From: Ginglymostoma cirratum
Taxonomy: Eukaryota
NCBI GenBank assembly: GCA_024137785.1
Contig: JAHRHZ010000042.1
Span: forward strand, 23,222,682-23,286,681
DNA length: 64,000 nt
Direction of reading: 5' to 3'
The notes below the pieces were generated by a model. The model worked only from the letters and a program-made list of their open reading frames with translations, did no database searches and was not told the origin of the DNA. The position numbers and the translations under genes are program-made. Numbering within the stretch: the first letter of the stretch is position 1; every line of letters starts with the position of its first letter. Shown one piece after another: positions 41,460-52,039 of the stretch.

Positions 41460-41765
41460 CTTCCCAAAAAGCCATTAACGAAACACTACCGTTTGTCCAG
41501 CCATAGCTGTTATTTGCTACACACCAGTAAATTCCTGCATCTTGAGATTGGAAGTGTGCCATCGTTAATTTTGAACTGCTTGATCCAGTTGAAGTGTAGT
41601 TTGTCCAATTCTTCAACCATGTTACCGTGGCGACTGGATTACTATCCACAGAGCATCTCAGTTCCACAAATGAATTTTTGGGGACAGTGATACTGCCATT
41701 GGTCCCGAGATGGTAACTGTCATTGTTTTTCAACTTGTATGTTATTGTTGGATCTAGTGGCCCAT
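41460..41765 (-). CDS. Exon 4: third Ig domain, C2/I-type (CD22/Siglec/MAG-like)
   Basis: Acceptor tttatgtgtag|, donor GAAG|GTAAGG; 306 nt, phase 1-1; motifs LRCSVDSNPVATVTWLK and QDAGIYWCVANNSYG. Confidence 0.92.
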
Positions 41766-42036
41766 CTACACATAAAGAAAATGCAAACAATTTTTTGTAT
41801 AAACAATAACTCTCACACACACAGATACATGCTGGCCAATTAATATACGTAACATCTACAAATTACATCTACATATTACATAACACATTTATAAAAGAAA
41901 AACGTTTCAAATTGCTTCACAGAAGTCCAATCAGACAAACATTAACACTGAGCTAAGGAACAAAGTATAAGGAACTGCAGCTACAATCTTGCTCAAAGAA
42001 GAAGGCTGTCAGGATTGTTTTAAAAGAGAGTGGGGG

Positions 42037-42062
42037 GAGAGGGAGAGAGAGAGAGAGAGAGA
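42037..42062. repeat. (GA)n microsatellite
   Basis: Direct inspection. Confidence 0.85.
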
Positions 42063-42109
42063 CAGATGGGGGTATATACGGAGGGAATTTCGTATTTTGA
42101 CATCTACAT

Positions 42110-42490
42110 GATATATAAGGTGCATGAGATTCTGAGGAGAATTGACAGGGTAGATAGAAAGCAGCCGTTCTCCTCAGTTAGAATTTCAGTAACAAGGGGC
42201 ACACTTTTAAAGCTGTACATAGGAGTTTAAAGTGGTTTTGAAGAATTTTTGTTTTCACCAGAAGGTGGTGGGAGCCCGGAATGCACTTCCTGGGACAGCA
42301 GTTGAGGTGGATAATCTTGTAAAGTATTTTGAAAAAGTACTTCGATAAGCATTTGAAATTTCAAAGATTCGAGGCTATGGATCTAGTGCTGGAAAGTGGG
42401 ACTGGTTTAGATTAAATATAGATTTTTTTTTTGTTAGTGTAGACTTTATGGGCCAGAGGGCCTCTTCTACATTGCATGATTCTATGATCC
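42110..42490 (+). mobile_element. CR1 3' fragment within a larger decayed antisense LINE region (about 41900-44200)
   Basis: VHEILRRIDRVD remnant and tail gattctatgat. Confidence 0.65.
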
Positions 42491-44502
42491 AGCATATTTT
42501 GAATCAATTATGGATTGGAGAGGTCAATATTAGAGGGTTGTAGGTCTGTAGGAGATTGCAAAGATGGGCTGGAACAAGGCTATGGAGTCAGCAGAATGCA
42601 AGGATGAGAATCTTAAAATCAAGAGATTGGTGGACTAGAAACCAATACAAGTTAGTACACAGTGACATCAAAGAGAGTGGAACTTGGTGTGGTTAGGATA
42701 CATACCGTGAAGGCGGACAATATTGCCAGCTTGTCAGTAAGAGGTCATTCTGATAGAAAAGATACACGACTGGAAGCTGATCTCAGCATAAACTGGAATA
42801 AAATGACGCAAAATGTCTGTTTCACCCAGAGGCAATGATCAGGGAAGATGGATGGAATTTAGCAGGCAATGAAGCTTTTGGTGGGAGACAAATGCAATGG
42901 CATCAGTCTTTCAAATGTTTAATTAGAGGTCATTGTAGGTCTTCCAGAACTGGAGCTCAAATATGTCGTCTACCAAAAAACGGACATGGAGGAGTCAGGT
43001 GAGCGATGGCAATGCAAAGTTGGATATTGTTAGTATGCATATGAAATTAGCATTGTTTCTCAGGAAAATCTCAGCAATGTAGGTGACAGGTGGGAGAAGT
43101 TCAAAGAGAGATCCATGAGGATACCAGAGGTAATGGTGTCACACAGATATGAGTGAGCGTAAATGAGGGCAATTATACTTATTTGGCTAATAGAGGAAAG
43201 ATATTTGAGGAGTCCAGTGTGGTTGACTGCTGTCACATGCTGCAAAAAGATTGAGAAGGTTAAAGTGCAGGAGTATACCTGAGTCATAATTACAAATGAC
43301 TTTGCTTTGGTTTATTTCTATGCTGTAGCATTGGAACCCAATTGAAAAAGTTCAAACAAAGAGCAATATGAAAGATGGAGATGGTTATCGGAAGGCTTCG
43401 GAGAAGAAAGGGAAATTGAAGACATGTTTAGATTTTTGAGAAATGGTGATGTCATCAGATTTGACAATGAATAGCTGAACAAATTATGCATCATAAATGT
43501 TTATACCTTTGCCTTTTGGATTTAGAACGTGAAAGTGCTCACTGTGGTGGGGAAACCACTAAAGTGGGAAAGAGTACTAAGAAGAGGACCACCAAAGGCA
43601 TAGTTGAAGGAATGACTGATCAGATTTTTGGCTACATAAGTAGATAAGAAATGTAAGAAAAAAAGGTTGGACAATGCGGAGTTTGGAACTGCCACTACAA
43701 TGACAAAAGTGAATGCTTTCCCCATAAGTGGGCACAGAAGGACTGGGTTACCAGCTTGGAAGAAGGATGTACATAGTGTGGGATACAACCAAGTAATATG
43801 AGATTACATTGTTTGTGATTGGAATAGGGAAATTGGGAGGTTGCATAAGTTGGGCAAGTTGGACTGGCAACTGTGAATATGGATTGCAGAGTATATAGAG
43901 ATTGAGGGGCCAACAGTCAACAAGAGGGCGTGAACTTAGAGGAGAAAGATCAAGAATGGGTTACTGAGATAAAGAGCAAAATCATCAAAGATGAGAAGCT
44001 GCTCAGTGCAAGAAGCTATTGAAGGGATTCTTGAATGACAGAGCGAGCTCATGGTCTACTCTTGTTCCTGTTTTCTATGTTTCTATGAAATAGGTAGAGG
44101 CTTGAAAGGTGGTAAAGCTCTATGGAGCTTTTACAGGACAGATAAGAGGGATAGAACAAGATAAAGGGCAAAATATGCCAAAAATGTGAGTGGACAGACA
44201 TAACTGAGATTTGGTGATAAACCCAATGCTGTCAATTGGGCATTTTGGATGGGTCCGGTGATGGAAGGTATATTCAGACAGAATGACTGTTTTGATATGT
44301 TGTATACAATGCTCTATTGTAACAACAATTGTTTTGTATACAAACGGACACGGGGCAGTTCACAAATAGGAGCACGGCACAGACACTCCCTGGTTGTAAG
44401 CAGAGACTAATGAGGAGACAATAAGAAAAAGACCAGACTTAAAGTAGATATCTTTATCATTACATTTTATGCAATGGGCAAAATGCTAAAGATCATACTC
44501 AC

Positions 44503-44805
44503 ACATAACATCTAGTTTGATCTTTTTTGTTACTGGCTGTTTGAAAATGACATGATTTATCTGACACATACAGACAGTTCCATGGTCTGTCACTTGAGGG
44601 ATGATCTGAAATTGGCTGGTGACAACAGTTTTACCCTTAACAATTCCTTCCAAGGTTGAGACAGTGATGTTTGTCATCATGTTTGTTCCATTACAGGTCC
44701 AGGAAAAGGAGATGTTCTCAGAGCACAACCCCTGGACAGAGCAGGTCAGGACAGACTTTTGTCCAGCAACCAAACTACCATTCATAATGGAAATTTCAGA
44801 CAGTT
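44503..44805 (-). CDS. Exon 3: second Ig domain, C2-type (Siglec/CD33 domain-2-like, some C1 features)
   Basis: Acceptor ttctttccctcag|, donor ATGT|GTGAGT; 303 nt, phase 1-1; motifs GSLVAGQKSVLTCSVQGLC, FSW, PQVTDHGT, CQINH, TKKIKLDVMY. Confidence 0.9.
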
Positions 44806-45137
44806 CTGAGGGAAAGAAGAAAAGAAATACAATTTGTAATTTTGGTAAAATCGTGTCGCATCTGTAGTTAAATAAATTTTCATCTAGATTAAAGGAATCA
44901 AAAATCAAAATGTACGTTAGTGAATTACACTAATGTCATTTTAGCTAGCTGCTGTGTCAGGATCTTTTGCTGCAACTTTTCGATAGAAATTGTCTAATTA
45001 GAATGACTCACGTACCACACTCCTATCTTCCACTTTACTTACAAGGTAACTGTAATGCAACAGTAAGACAAGTTGATGGTGTATTAATTGCAGCGGAAGC
45101 TGGTTCTAAATGAGTATGTGTTGATCACTATATTTTT

Positions 45138-46020
45138 GGATTCCTTGCTGTGATTAACACCTAGTCAATGTAACATACTTCCAAATTTGCTGATTGTATA
45201 TTTCTGTCACTTTTTGTTACATTACTTCATGTTTGCCTGGGAGCACTTTATTTTGAGCCCAATTCCCCTGGGGCTATATACTGTAGTTCTACTCTAGTGA
45301 CATCAACAACTGGCACACATACAGGAATGTTCAAGGCCACTTGGAGAAGTTAGAGGTGAAGACAACTGAAGCTTATTGGAAATCTTCATGAACACAGCTG
45401 CAGGCTTCCACTCAATATCATTGGACAGAAGTCATGTGTAATTTGCAATTTTCCTTTGTATATTACACACTGTATGTAAGGTCCTGTCAAGGTCACCTAG
45501 TTTTGAAAAATCCTGTCCTTTAGTAGAATTCAACTTTGATTAAATGACTGCAAATTAAGTAGCATTCACTTCCTATTCATAAGATTTTTGTTAACCAATA
45601 CATTTAATATGTTTACTACTTGTCAGTAGAATTGTTTGGTATCTTGTATGTTAACTCTAGAAAGCATTTATTGACTAGTGTGTAACTGACAGTTAAAATA
45701 TGGCAAGATCAATTTCAGAAACAAATTGAGCCAAAACGTTAAACATAAGGGCAGTGCAACCAAAGATTGATAAGCTCAAAGTTTCTCTTGATAGTAAGTA
45801 GACTCATTTGCTGGCATGTTCTGGTTCATCAAAAGTATTTTAAAACATGCTGTTTCAGTGGAATGACTGCTACTTGCCTGCAGATAATCAATTAAACTCC
45901 TTAACTGCTCTATCAAGAACAAGTTCCATGAAGTAATGTAACAAAAAGTGACAGAAATATGCAATCGGCAATTTTAGAAGTATGTTACATTGACTTGGCA
46001 TTAATCACAGCAAGGAATCC
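45138..46020. repeat. Inverted repeat: 94 bp arms at 45138-45231 and 45927-46020
   Basis: ggattccttgctgtgattaa...acattacttcatg and its reverse complement; 7 mismatches in 94 counted by hand. Confidence 0.9.
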
Positions 46021-47094
46021 GAACAATTTCCATGTTGGTAGTTGGGTCGCTGTTGTGACTGAATACTAGCTCAGGCAGCATCCTGATGCCGATCAAGGAG
46101 CCACACTTCCATCTCATTTTAAACACCCACTGCCCCTCTTTGCAGTTCTCACTCCACAATGACAGTCTGTCAGCTGGAATTTCTTTCTATTTTTAAATTG
46201 TTGCTATGCCTTCAGAAGATATCTTAGCCACTAATCAGTCCGCAAATCAAAAAACATGTCACGTATCAGGCACCAATGCAACAGAGGGTCAGGACACAAA
46301 AATGTATGTGACATTGGAGTCCTGACTTAAAATTCAGTCAGTGGTGTATGAGTTTGTGTTCTTTTTGTTCACGTTGCACAATTATGAGTCAAATATTGCA
46401 AGTTTCTTTCTAGCAATTTTCACTGATTGATTTTAATTGGTGTTTTTACATTTTTTCCAATTGCATGAATAAAGCATCTTCATTGAAGCAAAACCTCCCA
46501 CGTATCCCACAGAATAATGATGGACATATTTGACACTGAGGCACAGAGCTATATGAATAAGTGATCATTAGCTTCAGCAAAGGGGCTTGTATCAAAAGAG
46601 TTGTAATAGAGAAGAAATGGAGAAATGAGAGGTTTAGGGAGGAATTTCCAAAATGCAGATCCTCGGCAATTGAAAACACAGCTGCAAATGGTGAGACAAA
46701 GCAACTCAAGATGAGTGAGTGAATTGAAAGAATCTCAGAGAGTTGTTGGGATAGGGAAAATCACAGAGATAGAGAGGAGTCAGGTCAATGAAGGATTTGA
46801 AAAAAGGAATGAACATTTAGAATTCTTGGCATTGATGAATTGGGAAGCACTGTTGGTCAATGAGCGCACGGTTGGTAGATTAATGGAATACGAGATTTTT
46901 TTTGTGCAACAGATGTGGACAATGTAATTAGCAAAATCTTTTTTTCTGGAGTGTCAATTAACAACTAACAGAAAAATGACAAATAACACAAATAGTGCAC
47001 GGCAAGATGTGAAACTCAGAAGAAAATAATAATCCCAAATAAGTTTTGAGATTCCTAAATAATTATGAATAGAATCAACAAAGCTATACTACTT

Positions 47095-47122
47095 CTGATG
47101 AAGGGTTTAGGCCCGAAACGTC
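47095..47122 (+). ncRNA. Minimal type-I hammerhead ribozyme motif in a solo Penelope pseudo-LTR (47090-47222)
   Basis: CUGAUGA-A-GGGU(UUAG)GCCC-GAAA-CGUC, with flanking ACUU/AAGU able to form stem I. Confidence 0.65.
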
Positions 47123-48158
47123 AAGTTTTCCTGCTCCTATGATGCTGCTTGACCTGCTGTGCTCATCCAGCCCCATGCTTGTTATCTCGGATTCTCCAGC
47201 ATCTGCAGTACCTTTTATCTCCTATACTGCAAATGTATTGTTTCTCTGCAAACCGGGTTTCTCATCTAATATGTGACACAACAAGACAGAGTGCTGCACG
47301 CTTTATTACTATTATTCATTAGTAGATCGCTCTCCTATGCCTGGATCAGTCTTACACAATACCATTAAGTACTGAAAACAGGGTGTGATTCCTGTAGTGA
47401 CTCTTTTAGCTTGAAGCTGCATTCTTTACATAGAAATTCTCACATTTACTTCCTGAAATCCCTGTTTGATATTTCCTTATACTTTATCACAATTTTGTCC
47501 AATTTAATTGTCGTCTGTTGATATATAACTTGGTTTCGATAAAGGGTTTGAAACAAAATATTAATCTAGCTCTTCTTACAGAAATCGAAGAACCAGCTAT
47601 TTATTTTCAACATTTGCTGGCTGTATAAAAAGTTGCATTATTGATTCCATATAATTGGTCATATATTGAAATACTGGATCAACTTTAGGTGTATTCAATT
47701 TTGAATTGAATTGCAAAGCAACAGATAACAAAGTCTTCAAAAGTTACATGTGCTTGTATGTAAGATAAACAGGTATAATACTTAAATAAATTCCATAAAA
47801 TTAAAGGAGCTGATGTCTTGTGGTATGAATAGAATAGACAATGAAAGTGGCAGAAATGCAAAATTCATTTAAGTGATAGCCTATATCTCCCCATTGGTTC
47901 CACAGTGGCAAGTTATCGTAAACCTGGTTCAAGAAACAATATTACAGACACACAATGAATTGCTTCCCGCATTCTTCTAGCTAGCAATAGTTTGTTTGAA
48001 TAATCTGGTCTGATATTGAATGTGCTTTCCAACAATGAATTATTTCAGAAATGGTTTGGTGTTAATATTACTGTACCCATAATGAATACAGACTTAGTGC
48101 TTTCACCCAGTACAATCAAATGTCTTTCTACTTATTACTTAAAATGTAAATACTTTAC

Positions 48159-48509
48159 CGTAAATTTGTATCTTTGTTCCTTGTCCTTTTCTCTCTAATG
48201 GAGGGTAGATATTCGGTACTTGCACCACACAGATATATTTATAAGCAGAATGATGAAAAGAAGCATTTTCAATCTTCAGTGGTATGGCACAAAGTTTGAA
48301 ATCATCCAGAGGACCATTAGGAACACAGGTCAGCTGCTTCTTCTCATAGGCGGTAATATTCCCTGTTGGTGGATCCCTCTTCCAACTAGCATGGACCCAG
48401 TCACCATCAGTTCCATTGTAAATCATAAATGTGCAGTTAATTGACACTAACTCTCCTCTCAAGGCAGTGACCAGAAGTGGCTGAGTCACCTCACCAATGA
48501 ACCGAACAC
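48159..48509 (-). CDS. Exon 2: V-set Ig domain with germline J-like motif (GVRFIGEVTQP...SINC...SWKR...YICVVQVPNIYPPLERKGQGTKIQIY)
   Basis: Acceptor ttccatcag|, donor TACG|GTAAAG; 351 nt, phase 1-1; canonical B-strand Cys, C-strand Trp, F-strand YxC and G-strand GxGT; inside ORF 48139..48531. Confidence 0.92.
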
Positions 48510-49168
48510 CTGATGGAATAAACAAATTCATTTTTAGCTGGCTTCAGTTAGAATTTCTTTCTAAAGAAATAGGAAACTTTGAAAACTTAAACAGCAGTGA
48601 ATTTGAAATACCCTTTGTGTTGGATCACATGTCAAAGACATCATTAAAAATACCTCTCCTCTCTGATTTAATTCTAAGCTACGCAACGGTTTGTTTCCAG
48701 GTTTTCTGCAGTAATTTTTTTTCGTGTTTTGAATTTGTTTCTTTTTATTAAACCGTATGGATAGGATGTCACCATCAAAATCCATTGGAGATCTTTATTT
48801 CCAGCTCGCTGAAAGTGGCTGCTATCAGGTTGAACCATGTGCAAAGACAGACCCACTTTTAATTGAAATCTAAAAAAAATCCTTTAAATATTCTGAATCC
48901 TGCCAGCGTTAGGGTTCACAATCAATATACAAAGTATCGTTTGAACTGGAATGTAACTTTTACACAGGAGGCTTAACCCAAATACCGTCATGCGGGCCTT
49001 TGAACAGTGATCTCAATCGAATTGTCCAAATGACATGGTTGTGTCTCACTTGCTTTCTCTGCAGTTCCATACCATATAGAAAAGCTGAAATATCTTAAAA
49101 GGGGTAATCGAATGCCTACAATGCCAGCACCAAATGAATGTACCAATGTTCTGAGCAGAGCATCTTAC

Positions 49169-49217
49169 CTTGAACGGCTGTTTGCAAAATGAAAAGCAGC
49201 TTCAGCAGGAGCTGCAT
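49169..49217 (-). CDS. Exon 1 (signal peptide) of IgSF receptor: MQLLLKLLFILQTAVQ-G
   Basis: ATG at 49217; 49 nt hydrophobic leader; phase-1 donor CAAG|GTAAG; joins in frame to the V exon. Confidence 0.9.
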
Positions 49218-49218
49218 C

Positions 49219-49525
49219 TTTCACTGTTTCCGAACGTTCCGAAAACTGTTTCAGTTCCAGACCTGAAGCAGGAAGAGTGTTGTTCTCGGAGCGTTTGAGA
49301 CATCAGTACAGATGCTTTGCCGGGGGAATAATTTATATTTCAGCCCGAAACGGGCAGAAACTGCGAAATGCCATGGGTTTGAGCTACTGTAAGGAAGGAA
49401 GTTACGTGGGAAGCGAAGAGAGTTTGTTTTTCCTCTCTACCTGGGTTCTGTCAATTCTGACGCGGCGACGTGCGAGAAATATTTTGGAGAAAATTAAAAG
49501 CTGAAAATGCAAGCGGGAACTGAAT
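49219..49525 (-). promoter_or_regulatory. Proximal promoter/5'UTR with ETS-IRF composite element and ETS sites
   Basis: GGAACTGAAAC (EICE consensus GGAAnnGAAA) at 49248-49258 on the minus strand; further GGAA cores (CAGGAAG near 49269, AGGAAGT near 49396); locally CpG-rich; immediately upstream of the ATG. Confidence 0.55.
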
Positions 49526-49779
49526 CCAGCTTTTGTCTTTCTGCTGCACAGGAGTTGATCCCAGCTCTGAATGTTGCTGGAAAGAATGACTTCAATTCCT
49601 CTTTTCACACCCCAATTAGAACAGTGTGGGTACGTGACAAGATTTAGAACTGTGGCTTATATTGATTCACATCTCTCTGCATCCCTTTGTTATCGGTATT
49701 ATTTTCTAACTACACGCCTGTGCAAACTAAATCCCTCACTTGCTTGAACGTCATCAATTAAATCAGCAAAATAGGCATA

Positions 49780-50805
49780 GTTAATGACTAGTTTTCGGGT
49801 TAAAGAAAGATTTATAATGCAATTCCCCAGGGGTTGGTATTGGGGGGGATCCTTGTTTTTCATGATATGGATTAATGTTCTGGAGCTCGGTGTGGAGGGG
49901 AGAATATCCCAGTTTGCAGGTGACGCTGCATTTGGAAGAATTATAAACTGTGAGGAAGAGAGAATGGAACTCCAAAATTGCCTCGATAAGTTTGTGGAGT
50001 GGACGGATAGGTGACAGATGAGCTTCAATGCAGAAAAGTGTAAGGTTTGGAACTTTGGTTTGGAAGAACATTGCGAGACAATACAAAGTAGGGGGTACAA
50101 TTCGAAAGGTGCAGGAGCAGAGGATCTGAGGCGACATGTACACAGATCATTGAAGGTAGCTGAACGGGTGGAAAGAACAATAAATAAACACTCCAGTATT
50201 CTGGGCCATATTCAAACAGGCATAAAAGTACATAAGCAAGGGCTGTGATGTTGAACTTGTACAAGGCACTTTTTCGATGTCAACTGGAGTATTGTGTATG
50301 GTTGCGCGCACCACTTTATAGGCAACATGCGAATGTGTGAGAGATAGTGCAGAAGCTATTTGTGAGAATCGTTCCAGTAATGAGAAATATCAGCGATGAG
50401 GATAGATTGAAGATGTTGGGGCTGTTCTTCCTGGAGAGAGGCAGGCTGAGGGGAGATCTGATTGAGGTTTTCAAAATCATTAGCAGGCTGCATAGAGTAG
50501 ATATGGTGAAGCTATTTCCACTCATACAAGTTACGAGTACGAGAGTACATAGATTTAAAGTGATGTGTACAGGAAGCAAAGGTGATGTGAGGAAACCTTC
50601 CCTCTCGCCCCCCAGCAAGCAGTTAGGGTATGGAATGTACTGCCTGGAACAATTGAGGCATTCAAAACAAAATGTCATTTTTGATGGTTAGGGCATACGA
50701 GAATATGGGGAAAAGGCAGTGAATTGGCATTAGATAATCAAGCTGGTGCAGGCACAATGGGCTGAATGGCTTTCTTCCACTCTGCAATAATTCTGTGATT
50801 CTGTA
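49780..50805 (+). mobile_element. CR1 LINE fragment upstream of the functional promoter
   Basis: ISQFAGDA, FNAEKCKV and LRGDLIEVFKI remnants. Confidence 0.85.
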
Positions 50806-52039
50806 AACTATGCAGAATAATGTTTTAATAATAACATTTTATAGTTTAAGTTACAAAAACACATCTCCCACTATCATCCCAGACTCAAACACTCATTAGA
50901 TTTTATTTCATTCATTAGATTTGTGTGTCACTGGCTGGGTCAGCTTTATTGCAAGTCAGAGGGCAGTTAAAGGTCAACGACAGTGCTGTGGGTCTAGAGT
51001 CACATGTAGGCCAGACCCACAGAGCCTTTCCTTAAGAACGATAAGAAAACAAATGGTTTCTCTGACATGCCACAACAGTTTCACAGGCATCATTAAATGC
51101 CTAACTCCAGATTTTTTTTTATTGAATTCAAATTCCACCATCTTCCCTGGACAGGATTTGAACCAGGGTCCACAGATCATTCACTGCGTCTTGAAATTAA
51201 GACTCTAGCAACTAAATCCCAAGTCCATCACTTCCCCACCTTCAAAGATTCAGCTCCAGAACTGAGTTGTACCAGCCTTTATGCATTCCTTGAACTTGTA
51301 GTAAAAATTACTCTCATGCTTGTTTAGAACCCTCAGTCTCCATGGGTCTATGTTGAATCTTAAAGTGTGGGTTTTCTCCTGATCCGAAAACAAATTTCAC
51401 AAAGACATGCTTTTGTGTGAACTCAAAGCATTGGAGATGGCTTCTAGCTTGGATTTTCAAACACATGTCTTTCGTGCACTCAGTGGCCAGATTTTGAGTT
51501 GACCCTTTACTTATGCTGTCGGGGTAACACATTTGAAACTGTATCACTGGCAAAAATTCAAATTACTGCATCTCACAAAGTGACTGTGGGCACTTTCCCC
51601 ATTTTGGTAACGAGAGCTCCACCTTGTGCATAACTGCAACATCACACTGTTAAGATTTCTGATAAGAGTGACGGGGCTCACAACTAACATTCTGATTCAG
51701 TGGTGTTGGCATCTATTTCGGTAACTAACATCTGTATTCCACTAAGATTTTATAAATGTAACAGCAAGATGCTAATGACAAGATAAGCTGTTTAGTTTGT
51801 CATGATGATTTAAAAACAAGCATTGATCATGACAAAGGGATATATATATATATTCCCAACTATTCCTCGATAAAATATAATTGAATCTTTTAGATCAATG
51901 GAAACCGCTGGATGGCATTTTGGTCTAATGACTTATGACTTAACAGGGAGGAGAACATCAATAATTAAGCCCCATTGTTCCCCAACCAATCACAAGATTG
52001 TAAACACCCAATTTAAACCACCAAGGTAAACAAATTACA

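Noticed and set aside
47900-47930. CACAGTG heptamer near the V exon as a possible RSS
   Set aside because: No ACAAAAACC-like nonamer at 12 or 23 bp, it does not abut coding sequence, and the V already contains its J-like strand
41460-48509. Assigning a gene symbol (SIGLEC/CD22, SIRP, CTLA4/CD28, IgNAR/TCR)
   Set aside because: The V domain lacks the Siglec arginine, the architecture does not match the CD28 family (single V) or SIRP (V-C1-C1), and there are no rearranging segments; orthology needs a phylogeny
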